The notes below the pieces were generated by a model, which had not been told where the DNA came from, did no database searches, and was given only the letters and a program-made list of their open reading frames with translations. Both the position numbers and the translations under genes were made by a program. Source: an uncultured Puniceicoccaceae bacterium (GTDB lineage Bacteria; Verrucomicrobiota; Verrucomicrobiia; Opitutales; Oceanipulchritudinaceae). From it: a DNA stretch of 64,000 bases. The stretch is from assembly GCA_963933835.1 (NCBI GenBank), contig CAWVVV010000005.1, forward strand, positions 60,287-124,286. Reading direction: 5' to 3'. This document shows, one piece after another, positions 27,441 through 36,734 of this stretch (positions are counted from its first letter, which is position 1; every line of letters begins with the position of its first letter).

Positions 27441-29993
27441 GTGGAAAAAAAACTCACCCCCATGATGCAGCAGTACCTCGAGGTACGGCGGAGCCTTCCG
27501 CCCGATACCTTACTCCTCTTTCGCCTTGGAGACTTCTACGAGATGTTTGGCGACGACGCCGTCGACGGGGCCAACCTCCTCGGTATCACCCTCACCCACC
27601 GCAATGGCCAGCAAATGGCGGGCATCCCGCACCACGCTGCCGAGGGCTACCTGCAGAAAGTTCTCAACGCTGGAAGGAAAGTGGCGCTCTGTGAGCAGAC
27701 TGAAGCCCCGAAGCCCGGACAGCTCGTCAAACGTGAGTTGACCCGCATCCTCACCCCTGGAACCGCTCTTGAGGACACCCAGCTCGACGCCCAGTCGAAT
27801 CAATACCTCCTCGCCGTCGAGACCGACCGCGACCAGCTCCACGCCGCCTGGCTCGACCTCACTACTGGCAGCTTCGAAATCGCAACGACGAGTAAACCCG
27901 AGGAACTGCTCAACATCTTTCACGCTCTAAACCCCCGCGAGCTCATCCTTCCTGAGAGCGACGCACTCAGCCTGCCCGCGAGCGCAAACGCGGATCATGA
28001 CGCCGCCTTCATCGAGGGCTGGAACAGTCTCACCGAAGGCCGCCTCCTCAACCGCCAGCCCGACTTCCAATTCGACCGCCGCGAAGGCGCTCGCCTCGTT
28101 CTCGAAACCCTTGGCGTCCTCAACCTCGAAGGCTTCGGCATTTCTAAGAGCCACCCTGCCCTCGGGGTCGCTGGAGCGCTCATCGCCTACACGACCGAGA
28201 CCCTCTGCGCACCGCCGAAGAACATTCGCCGCATCCGCGAGTATCAGCTCAAGCACACCCTGCTCCTCGACAGCTCGACCCAGCGCAACCTCGAGATTTT
28301 CCGCACCAGTAATCACCAGCGCAAAGGCAGCCTACTCGACATCATGGACGGCACCATGACCGCACCCGGCGCCCGCCTGCTCGAACAGTGGCTCACCGCT
28401 CCGACGCTCGACCTGCCTGTTCTCGTGCGGCGCCAAAGCACGATCGAAGAATTCCTCGAAGCCCCCGGTTACGGAAGCGAGCTGCAGGAGTATCTACGTG
28501 GTATCCGCGACGTCCCTCGCATTCTCGGCCGCTTGCGCAACCGTCTGCGCAATCCCCGCGAGCTCGGGGCGATCCGCGACACCCTCCTGCAAATTCCGCA
28601 CCTGCGCGCTGTGCTCGCTCAGTTCGTCGGGCCTGTTGTCCAGAGCCTCGCTGACGATCTCGATGAGTTTCCGCAGCTCCGCGAGCTCCTCGTTCGCTCC
28701 CTCCACGAGGAACTCCCCAACCAGCTTCAAGACGGTGGTTACATCGCCGATGGCTACGACGACGAGCTCGACCACATCCGCTCCCTCACGCGCGACAGCA
28801 AAGAGTGGATCGCCTCCCTTGAAGCGGCTGAATCCCAGCGCACGGGAATCAAAAATCTCCGGATCAAGTTCAACAACGCCTTCGGCTACTTCATCGAAGT
28901 GACGAAAAGTAACCTTCACCTCGTGCCCGACGAGTATACGCGCAAGCAGACGATGACGAATGCGGAGCGCTACATCACGCCGGAGCTGAAGGAGAAAGAA
29001 CGCGAAATTCTCAGCGCTGACGAGCGCTCAACCATCCGTGAAGAAGAGCTCTTTAAGGGCATCGTCGACGCTGTCCTCGCCGAAGCCGACGCCCTCGATA
29101 ACACCGCCACCACTCTCGCTGAGATCGATGTCCTTCTCGGCTGGGCAAAGATCGCCCGCGAGTGGAACTACTGCCGCCCTGCTCTAGAAGAAACCGGCGC
29201 CCTCGAAATTGAAGCCGGGCGCCACCCCGTCGTCGAACAGTCCATGCTTGCTGATAAACTCAGCGGTATCTCCGGCCAGCACGACTTTGTTCCCAACAAT
29301 ACCCAGCTTTCGACTGACGTAGAGCAGCTCGCCATCCTCACTGGCCCCAACATGGCGGGTAAGAGCACCTACATCCGTCAGGTCGCCCTCATTGCACTCA
29401 TGGCGCAAGTCGGCGCATGGGTCCCCGCCAAGCATTGCCGCCTCGGTCTCGTTGACCGTATTTTCTCCCGTGTCGGGGCAAGTGATGAACTCTCCCGTGG
29501 TAACTCGACTTTCATGGTCGAGATGAACGAGACCGCCAACATCCTCAATCACGCCACCGAGCGCAGCCTCATCATCCTCGATGAGATTGGACGCGGCACG
29601 AGCACCTATGACGGGCTCTCCATCGCCTGGGCGGTCGTCGAGCATCTCCACGGTACCGGCAAAGCCGGACCACGCACCCTTTTCGCTACGCACTACCACG
29701 AGCTCACTCAGATCGATCAACGCCTCGCCCGCGTCCGCAACTACTGCGTCGCGGTGAAAGAGTGGAACGACCAGATCATCTTTGTCCGCCAAGTCATCCC
29801 CGGCGCTGCCGACCGCAGCTACGGCATCGCCGTCGCCCGCCTCGCCGGCCTCCCAGACAGCGTCATCGAACGCGCCCAAGTCATTCTCGATAAACTCGAA
29901 TCCGACGACACCTCCCACAACCTCCTCAAACAACACCTCCGCAAAGGACGTAGCGGCAGCAGCGAAGACAAGGGGCAGTTGGATTTGTTCTAA
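27441..29993 (+). CDS. mutS: DNA mismatch repair protein MutS
   Basis: Motifs TPMMQQY, FRLGDFYEMF, GRHPVVE, TGPNMAGKSTY, DEIGRGTST, FATHYHEL, SYGI; C-terminal clamp-binding motif QLDLF. Confidence 0.97.
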   Translation: MEKKLTPMMQQYLEVRRSLPPDTLLLFRLGDFYEMFGDDAVDGANLLGITLTHRNGQQMAGIPHHAAEGYLQKVLNAGRKVALCEQTEAPKPGQLVKRELTRILTPGTALEDTQLDAQSNQYLLAVETDRDQLHAAWLDLTTGSFEIATTSKPEELLNIFHALNPRELILPESDALSLPASANADHDAAFIEGWNSLTEGRLLNRQPDFQFDRREGARLVLETLGVLNLEGFGISKSHPALGVAGALIAYTTETLCAPPKNIRRIREYQLKHTLLLDSSTQRNLEIFRTSNHQRKGSLLDIMDGTMTAPGARLLEQWLTAPTLDLPVLVRRQSTIEEFLEAPGYGSELQEYLRGIRDVPRILGRLRNRLRNPRELGAIRDTLLQIPHLRAVLAQFVGPVVQSLADDLDEFPQLRELLVRSLHEELPNQLQDGGYIADGYDDELDHIRSLTRDSKEWIASLEAAESQRTGIKNLRIKFNNAFGYFIEVTKSNLHLVPDEYTRKQTMTNAERYITPELKEKEREILSADERSTIREEELFKGIVDAVLAEADALDNTATTLAEIDVLLGWAKIAREWNYCRPALEETGALEIEAGRHPVVEQSMLADKLSGISGQHDFVPNNTQLSTDVEQLAILTGPNMAGKSTYIRQVALIALMAQVGAWVPAKHCRLGLVDRIFSRVGASDELSRGNSTFMVEMNETANILNHATERSLIILDEIGRGTSTYDGLSIAWAVVEHLHGTGKAGPRTLFATHYHELTQIDQRLARVRNYCVAVKEWNDQIIFVRQVIPGAADRSYGIAVARLAGLPDSVIERAQVILDKLESDDTSHNLLKQHLRKGRSGSSEDKGQLDLF

Positions 29994-30707
29994 GGCGTTG
30001 GCTCTTGGGCGGTCGAAGCCTTAGCGCGCTCCGGCATTGGAACACTTCAGCTCGTCGATTTCGATGAGGCCTGTGTGAGCAATATAAACCGCCAAATCCA
30101 CGCCCTCACCTCCACGGTCGGCAAGGCCAAGGCCGACATTCTAGAGGAACGTTGTCGGGAAATTAATCCCGAGATTAAAATCATCAAACGTATCCAGTTT
30201 TTCACTCCCAAAACGAGTGATGAGATCTTTGAGCTCAAGCCAGACGTCGTTGTCGATGCCATCGATGATCGCCACAATAAAGTCCACCTCATCGCTGAGT
30301 GTCGCAAACGGTGGATAAAGCTCGTCACTTGTGGAGGCGCAGGCGGACGGCTCGACCCGAGTTTGATCCAAGTCGCTGATATTGCGCGAACGATCGACGA
30401 CCCTCTCCTTACCGTCGTGCGCAAAGAACTCCGCACCCACCACAATTTCCCACGCGAACGACGCCGCAAATGGAACATCCCCTGCGTCTTCTCAACCGAG
30501 CCGCACACCTATCCGCAGTCAGACGGGAGCGTGTGTAAAGAACGTGATGACGGCTCAGACTTAACCCTGAACTGTGAGAGCGGATTTGGCACCTCGACGC
30601 ATGTCACCGGAATCTTCGGCTTCATGATGGCAGCTGAGGCACTCAAACTATGCCCCGACCGAGTCGCGAAGAAAGAAGCGCTCGAAGTTGTCGAAGACTT
30701 GGGTTAG
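29994..30707 (+). pseudogene. tcdA: tRNA threonylcarbamoyladenosine dehydratase (TcdA/ThiF family), 5'-truncated
   Basis: Directly after the mutS TAA the same frame reads GVGSWAVEALARSGIGTLQLVDFDEACVSNINRQIHAL, then VVDAID, GGAGGRLDP, DPLL, CVFSTE. The start codon and first part of the Rossmann fold are absent. Confidence 0.8.
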
Positions 30708-31469
30708 AACCTCTTCTTCGGAGAGACCAAAAAACTCGCGCACATAGATGTAGGTCGCGAGCAGGTTAGCGGGATGACAGAGTTCCTTCCCCGTCTTTGG
30801 GTCTTCCAAAAAAGCAACTTTGTGTGACGGTGGCGGAAGCATCCCCGGCGCGTCGGTCTCGATCAGAAGGCGATCGATCGGGACGGCTTTCAAGGCCTCT
30901 TGATACTTCGTTTTACGGGGATTAGCGAAAGGGCCAGAGGCCGAAAAATAGCCACCCATCTCCGCCAGTTCCACGACTAACTCAGGTGATGCACCGACCG
31001 AGTGTATTAAAAACCCACGACGCGGCAGTTCCACTTCGCGCAGGATTTCCATCAGAGGACCCCACGCTCTCAGACAGTGAATCATGACAGGCAGATCACG
31101 TTCTGTAGCCAATGCCAATTGACGACGAAAGGCATCCTCCTGTTTCTCTATATCAGGATTCTCGATCCATCGATCGAGTCCAATTTCGCCCATCCCGACG
31201 GGGCCTTTGGCGGACTCAACAAACACCTCCAATTTCTCAAACCAACCATCCTCGACCGCTTGCACCTTCCATGGATGGAGGCCAAAGCTCGGAACGATAA
31301 CCTCAGGGAAGGCCACCGCCAAAAGCTCAACATCCCTCCAATCATCCGGCGCAGTTCCGTTAACGACCATGTATTGCAGACCCATTTTGACGAGTTCGCT
31401 CAGCAAAGCACCACGCTGCAGGTCATCAAAGAGAGGATCCTGAAAGTGATTGTGCGCGTCGCAAAACAT
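30648..31469 (-). CDS. TatD family hydrolase
   Basis: Motifs DAHNH, GLHPW, GEIGLD, IHC, IHS, ETDAP. Confidence 0.92.
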   Translation of the reverse strand: MFCDAHNHFQDPLFDDLQRGALLSELVKMGLQYMVVNGTAPDDWRDVELLAVAFPEVIVPSFGLHPWKVQAVEDGWFEKLEVFVESAKGPVGMGEIGLDRWIENPDIEKQEDAFRRQLALATERDLPVMIHCLRAWGPLMEILREVELPRRGFLIHSVGASPELVVELAEMGGYFSASGPFANPRKTKYQEALKAVPIDRLLIETDAPGMLPPPSHKVAFLEDPKTGKELCHPANLLATYIYVREFFGLSEEEVLTQVFDNFERFFLRDSVGA

Positions 31470-31472
31470 TAA

Positions 31473-32330
31473 CTACGCAATCCAAGCAAGGATGAGGAAC
31501 TGGAACAAAATCAGGCAGTCACCAATGAGACTCCTGAGCTCATTTGGCCAGGTGACCGTTAGCTGCGTAACGAGACTGAAACCAAAAACACCGAAAAGCA
31601 GGCTCGCATAGGCATCGATACCCAACGGCCAACCGATCGCAGCAATGACCAGGGGGGCTCCCCATCGAATCCAAAACGCCGCGAAACTGCCTATTCGAAT
31701 CCGGCGTCCCTCAAGTAGAATCAGCTCCCACGATGCAAAGACGGCAAACAGACCCAACAAAGTGAGCATTCTCAGGTCCGGCCAATCTCCATTGCCCCAA
31801 CCGAACCACCACCAAAGACCACTTGCCGCGAGTAGAAGAGACACCCCAAAACGCTTGAAAAGTCGCGGGCCGTCTCTGCTCGTCCGTTTACGACGGGAGA
31901 CACCGAAGACGTAGAAGGCGGCACCGCCGGCAAAAGCAAGGCCGGTCAGAAGCGTATTTGTCGGGAGCGATAGCCACCCGAGGACGACTGAAAGAAGCAG
32001 AACCAATACCCAGGTAGCTTGAAGGGGCTTACGATGCTGACGGTGAAAGTGATGGCGAAGGGTTGACGCGAGGCTTTGCCGCTTCGGGCTAACATCCTTT
32101 AAGCGGTCAGCAGTGTAACCAAGCCAGATTCCCATTCCCAGAAGCAGATAAGCTAGCCCGGGCAGCTCAACATCCGCCCAAATTTTCAAGCACAGCTGGT
32201 AGGACAATAAGACCGCAACTGCATCGAGTGAGAGGCAGTGCATGACGAGAAGAAGCGCCAAAACAGAAGACGTAACGAGGCGAAATCCCCCCGAAATCCA
32301 TCCACCCGACTGTCGTTTCATCATCTGCAC
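31473..32330 (-). CDS. Integral membrane protein, possibly UbiA prenyltransferase-like
   Basis: Multiple TM helices; WLGYTADRLKD...RHHFH segment resembles the first Asp-containing motif of UbiA-like proteins. Confidence 0.5.
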   Translation of the reverse strand: MQMMKRQSGGWISGGFRLVTSSVLALLLVMHCLSLDAVAVLLSYQLCLKIWADVELPGLAYLLLGMGIWLGYTADRLKDVSPKRQSLASTLRHHFHRQHRKPLQATWVLVLLLSVVLGWLSLPTNTLLTGLAFAGGAAFYVFGVSRRKRTSRDGPRLFKRFGVSLLLAASGLWWWFGWGNGDWPDLRMLTLLGLFAVFASWELILLEGRRIRIGSFAAFWIRWGAPLVIAAIGWPLGIDAYASLLFGVFGFSLVTQLTVTWPNELRSLIGDCLILFQFLILAWIA

Positions 32331-32432
32331 TCTCCTATACAGTCAACAAATTCACCGAATGGCTCGAAAAAACTTCATCAATTATCCGAGCGAATGTTGC
32401 CAAGGTTTAGCACTCAGCTTACCGCTCATTAG

Positions 32433-33224
32433 ATGCGACTATATTTGATGTTGGGATTTGTATTGGGAGTAGGCTCGGGCATCGGGCTTACAACGATGCT
32501 AATTCCAGACCTCGATGAGGGCAATCAGCGTAATCCACAAGCGACCAGGCCTGTAGCGCCATCAGAGGACAAAGCACTCGTCAGAAGCCTCCAAGGCGCC
32601 CTCTCAGCCGTCGAAAGCACCCTGAAAAATGAAGTGGAGAAAAGTGCCGCGCTCGACGAAGAACTCGCTCAGCTGAAAGGACGCCTCGCAGTAGAGCTAG
32701 CGGAAAACGAAGAGCGGCTCAATGCCCGGATGGCGAAAGACGCCGAGGCCGTTTCGAAGAGTCCATCGCGAACAGATCGCAACGCCGACTCGAAGCGCTT
32801 TAAGCGCGTGACTAACCTCCGGCCTGACCAAGCCATTGCCCTCGAAAGTCTGATGGAGCAATACAACGCCAACCAAATCGCGCTCCGCGAGGCCCGAGCG
32901 AACGGCACTGTGCCTCCGCCAGAAATCAACCTCGACCAACTCCTCTCAAGCATCCTTGACGACGAGCAAGTGGCAGCGGTCGAAGATTATCACAGCGAGA
33001 TCCGACAGGGTCGCGATGAGACACGCGCAACCGCTCGAATGAACCGCATAGCCCCTTCCCTCGGACTGAACGAAGAACAAAAAGATGCTGTATTTGGAGT
33101 CTACTACACAAGCATCAGCAACAACACCGAAATCGCAGCGTCAAACGAAACGCTGGCAAGCCAGATGCGCCAAATCCTTACGCCAGAGCAGTTCAAGGAC
33201 TGGCAAGAGCTGAACGCAGAATGA
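32433..33224 (+). CDS. Hypothetical exported coiled-coil protein
   Basis: N-terminal hydrophobic segment, coiled coil, repeated LxxEQ motifs (ILDDEQ, LNEEQ, ILTPEQ). Confidence 0.65.
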   Translation: MRLYLMLGFVLGVGSGIGLTTMLIPDLDEGNQRNPQATRPVAPSEDKALVRSLQGALSAVESTLKNEVEKSAALDEELAQLKGRLAVELAENEERLNARMAKDAEAVSKSPSRTDRNADSKRFKRVTNLRPDQAIALESLMEQYNANQIALREARANGTVPPPEINLDQLLSSILDDEQVAAVEDYHSEIRQGRDETRATARMNRIAPSLGLNEEQKDAVFGVYYTSISNNTEIAASNETLASQMRQILTPEQFKDWQELNAE

Positions 33225-33252
33225 GCCGTTTCGACAGCTTCATCTAACTTGA

Positions 33253-33573
33253 TTAAGGCAGTTTCCAAGCCCATCGATTAAGCACCCCTGCGACGTCACC
33301 TCGTGCGAGCTGAAGCCAGATCTTTAGCGCTTCATCTTTACCCTTAAGCGGTAAAACCTTCAGCGAAACATCATCCACCCTAAGCCTTTCCAACACTGCG
33401 ATCCGGCGGTTGTTGATCGTTACGGCCCATCCACTCACATGGATGAGGCTGACGTCTGGGAAGTCCGCATCATCCGCTTCACCAAGCGAATCAAGCACGC
33501 CCTCAATCCCTTTCTCATCAGGGCAAATCAGCGTCGTCCCGGAAGCATCTGTTGTGTGGTAGGTTGCGCGCAC
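33253..33573 (-). CDS. Hypothetical protein
   Basis: 106-aa ORF of globular composition filling the gap downstream of the mazG/metallopeptidase pair on the same strand. Confidence 0.6.
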   Translation of the reverse strand: MRATYHTTDASGTTLICPDEKGIEGVLDSLGEADDADFPDVSLIHVSGWAVTINNRRIAVLERLRVDDVSLKVLPLKGKDEALKIWLQLARGDVAGVLNRWAWKLP

Positions 33574-33634
33574 GTCTATCCTAGATCAACGAATTTGCCA
33601 GGGTCTTCAAGTCACATTCCCCATACACATGAAA

Positions 33635-34381
33635 CTAAGCCTCTATCGTTCGGCCTAGTCCCATGAGGGTATGATACTGATTCGTTATGGCCGCGTCGTG
33701 CGCCTCATATTCTGGGTCAAAAACCGAAACCTGATGCCAGAAATCAGGCGAATGATTCATTTGAACTAGATGCGATAACTCGTGCCAGATGAGGTAGTCG
33801 TGGTGCGCCGCCGGCAGCAGTACCATCCGCCAATTGAAAGACAAAGTCCCGCGCTCGGAGCACGAACCCCACCGGGAGCGCTGGTCACGCACACTGATGC
33901 GCGAAAAATTCAGGCCATGTCTGCGAGCAAAATCAGTCGCCTGCAGAGGGATTACCTCACCCGCAAAGGCCCTTAGACTTCTCAATAGAATCGTATCGCA
34001 AGATTCCTCCGCGAGCGCGTTTAGAACGACTTTACCTTCTTCGCCCTTAAATTCAAAGCCCCCCCTTGAAGCCTCACGAAGCGTCACCTCTTGCTCGCGC
34101 CCGAGGGCTGAAAGCATCGGGTGCTCAGTCAGATACTCATAGAGCGAAATCTTCGGCTCTACTTTCTCCAAAGTGGTGGCGATCCAATCCTTTTGCTCGT
34201 CCAGAAAGGCCACCGCGTTTTCCCGTGATACGCCGTAAGGAATATTCAATACAACGTCTCCAGAGCTATTCACGGTCACCTTTAGGTAGCGCATACCACG
34301 ACTCTGATTAACCTTAATCTCCAAGGGATCAACGCGCGTCGCCACCTTCAAGGCCAAATGATTGTTCTCACTATTGGGCAT
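33635..34381 (-). CDS. YgjP/DUF45-type zinc metallohydrolase (M48/SprT-like)
   Basis: Motifs QRSRWGSCS, LSFNWR, YLIWHELSHL, NHSPDFW. Confidence 0.88.
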   Translation of the reverse strand: MPNSENNHLALKVATRVDPLEIKVNQSRGMRYLKVTVNSSGDVVLNIPYGVSRENAVAFLDEQKDWIATTLEKVEPKISLYEYLTEHPMLSALGREQEVTLREASRGGFEFKGEEGKVVLNALAEESCDTILLRSLRAFAGEVIPLQATDFARRHGLNFSRISVRDQRSRWGSCSERGTLSFNWRMVLLPAAHHDYLIWHELSHLVQMNHSPDFWHQVSVFDPEYEAHDAAITNQYHTLMGLGRTIEA

Positions 34382-35024
34382 CTTCGATTTGTTGTCTGAG
34401 TTTGAGCGTGTAGCGTCGAAGGGATGCTTCTGGGTCTAGCTTGGCGGATTGTGCCGCAGCGGCCATAGAGAAAAGTGCTTCTCCGAGTTCGTCCTCGGTG
34501 ATATCTGACGTTCCCTCGGCGGACTCTGCTAACCCGTCGGGCAGGTGCGTATCCAGTTTCTCGCGACAGATGTGCTTATAGGTATCGCTTGCGAAGAGAA
34601 GCGATGAGAGGCGCGGCGGCAACGGTTTTAGGCGCGTAGCCTGAGCCGGCTTACCTTTTTTCTCTTCAGCCTTAATCTTCTCCCAGTTGACGAGCACTGC
34701 GTCGGAATCTTTGAGATCGAGGTCACCAAAGACATGAGGATGTCGCCGAACGAGCTTCTCGTTGATTTCAGCCGCGACATCGTCGAAATTAAAATGTCCC
34801 GCTTCGGATGCCAGCTCGGCATGAAAGACAACCTGAAGGAGGACGTCACCGAGTTCCTCACGCATCAAAGGCATATCATTGTTGTCGATCGCCTCAAGCA
34901 GCTCCGCTGTCTCTTCAATCAACGACTCAGTCAACGTCTGGTGAGTTTGCTCCTGATCCCAGGGGCAACCACCGGGGGCTCGCAAGCGTTTCATTGTTGC
35001 TCTTAATTCTTGAATCGATTCCAC
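34371..35024 (-). CDS. mazG: MazG family nucleoside triphosphate pyrophosphohydrolase
   Basis: Motifs LRAPGGCPWDQEQT, EELGDVLLQVVFH, KLVRRHPHVF; second domain is shortened. Confidence 0.9.
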   Translation of the reverse strand: MESIQELRATMKRLRAPGGCPWDQEQTHQTLTESLIEETAELLEAIDNNDMPLMREELGDVLLQVVFHAELASEAGHFNFDDVAAEINEKLVRRHPHVFGDLDLKDSDAVLVNWEKIKAEEKKGKPAQATRLKPLPPRLSSLLFASDTYKHICREKLDTHLPDGLAESAEGTSDITEDELGEALFSMAAAAQSAKLDPEASLRRYTLKLRQQIEDAQ

Positions 35025-35095
35025 CCCTTCTAGAGGGTGATTTATTCGCTACATGGCAACTCCTTGAGTGAGTTTCGCCCTTCTATCTGACTCAA

Positions 35096-35890
35096 ATGGA
35101 CAAACTTTCTGAAATCATGGCGTGGAAACGTCAGGAACTCGCACCTCGCTTGCGCCCTGTCCGCGACAGTGAGCTCGCCGCCTTTTCCTCCAAAAGCCGC
35201 AACGGCATGTCCTTCGCTGCGGCCTTAAAACGTGACAGCGGCCTTTCCGTGATATCTGAGATAAAGCGTCGTTCGCCCTCGGCTGGAGCCATTGCAGAGA
35301 ACATCAGCGCCCCAGAGCAGGCCCGGACATACTACAATGCCGGCGCCGATGCGATGTCTGTCCTGACGGATGAAAAGTTCTTTGGTGGAACGATGCAGGA
35401 TCTTTGGGATGTGAACGACCTCCTCGCTCCACGCGAAGATGCCCGCCCAACGCTGCGGAAGGACTTTTTTATTCACCCCCTGCAAGTCCTTGAGGCAGCC
35501 GAAGCCGGAGCCAGCGCGATCCTCATCATCGTCCGGGCGCTCACCGATGAGGAAATCAAAACTCTTTTCAACGCCGCCAAGCTTGCTGGGATCGATGCGC
35601 TCTTCGAAGTGCACTCCCTCCCCGAGCTCGAGCGCGCGGTGAACAGCGATGCCAAGATCATCGGGGTGAACAACCGAGACCTCTCCCGCTTTGTCACTGA
35701 CCTCAAGTTCTCTGAAGACATCATCCCGGAGATGCCGGAAGATTGCATCGCGATCAGCGAAAGTGGCATTATGACGCCTGAGGATGCTGCGCGTGTCCAT
35801 GCTGCTGGCGCAGACGCGATCCTCGTCGGCGAGGCTCTGATGAAAATGGATCAACCTGAGCAGTTCATCAACGCCGTTCATGGCCTCTGA
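35096..35890 (+). CDS. trpC: Indole-3-glycerol phosphate synthase
   Basis: Motifs ISEIKRRSPSAG, SVLTD, LRKDF, IGVNNRDL, ISESGI, LVGEALM. Confidence 0.96.
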   Translation: MDKLSEIMAWKRQELAPRLRPVRDSELAAFSSKSRNGMSFAAALKRDSGLSVISEIKRRSPSAGAIAENISAPEQARTYYNAGADAMSVLTDEKFFGGTMQDLWDVNDLLAPREDARPTLRKDFFIHPLQVLEAAEAGASAILIIVRALTDEEIKTLFNAAKLAGIDALFEVHSLPELERAVNSDAKIIGVNNRDLSRFVTDLKFSEDIIPEMPEDCIAISESGIMTPEDAARVHAAGADAILVGEALMKMDQPEQFINAVHGL

Positions 35891-36725
35891 AGACACAGAC
35901 ATCGCTAAGGGTGCTTTTTCTCCCACTGCGACAAGAACGCTCCTGGGTTCCCTCGGCCATAAACCACGCAAACCGCTGGGGCAGAATTTCCTCACTGATG
36001 GCAACATCGTCCGGAAGTCTCTCCAACTTGCTGACGTCCAGCCAGGCGACCGCGTCGTCGAGATCGGCCCAGGTCTCGGAACGCTCACTGGAGCGCTCAT
36101 CGATGCGGGCGCTGAGGTCTATGCAATAGAATTTGATGCCAACCTCGCCCGGCACATCGGAGATAAATTTGGATCGTCCGTCCAACTGGTCGAAGGCGAT
36201 GCTGTGGACCATCCAATTGCAGGATTGGCAGCAGTGGATGCAGAAGCTGGCTACAAAATCGTCGCTAACCTCCCCTACGCGATCACCAGCCCTTGGATGG
36301 GAAAGCTACTCAGTGGACCCCTGCCAGACACCATGGTCCTCATGATGCAAAAGGAAGCCGCTGACCGCCTTACTGCCCAGCCAGGCACAAAACAATACAG
36401 TGCGATCGCGATCTTCCTTCAAAGCGCCTTCGAAAAAGTCGCCTACCACAAAGTCTCGCGACAGTGTTTCTACCCCGTTCCCGGCGTCGATTCCGTCCTA
36501 CTCTCGATTCGGAAGAAGGACAGCGTGCTCCTTTTCGACAAGCCTACTCGACAGGCTATCCGCAAACTCTTTGGCCAGCGCCGCAAGCAGATCAGCACCC
36601 TCGTCAAAGGAAACCAAAAGCTCGAAAGTTGGCTATCGGCGGCGGCTAATTTCGGCGTAAAAACAAACGATCGTCCCGAAGCCATTCCACTGGAAGCATG
36701 GCAGCTACTAGCGGAATCATCGTAA
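35880..36725 (+). CDS. rsmA: 16S rRNA adenine dimethyltransferase
   Basis: Motifs LGQNFL, VEIGPGLG, VANLPY, MQKE, PVPGVDS, FGQRRK. Confidence 0.95.
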   Translation: MASEDTDIAKGAFSPTATRTLLGSLGHKPRKPLGQNFLTDGNIVRKSLQLADVQPGDRVVEIGPGLGTLTGALIDAGAEVYAIEFDANLARHIGDKFGSSVQLVEGDAVDHPIAGLAAVDAEAGYKIVANLPYAITSPWMGKLLSGPLPDTMVLMMQKEAADRLTAQPGTKQYSAIAIFLQSAFEKVAYHKVSRQCFYPVPGVDSVLLSIRKKDSVLLFDKPTRQAIRKLFGQRRKQISTLVKGNQKLESWLSAAANFGVKTNDRPEAIPLEAWQLLAESS

Positions 36726-36734
36726 CCATAGCGC

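Noticed and set aside
29184..29936. 250-aa minus-strand ORF and other long ORFs antisense to mutS
   Set aside because: Shadow frames produced by the biased codon usage of mutS; no recognisable motifs.
33253..35024. mazG plus metallohydrolase plus small ORF as a toxin-antitoxin or anti-phage module
   Set aside because: MazG is the housekeeping type, composition matches the backbone, and there are no defence or mobility genes nearby.
35225..36100. 291-aa minus-strand ORF
   Set aside because: Entirely antisense to trpC and rsmA, with no protein-family features.
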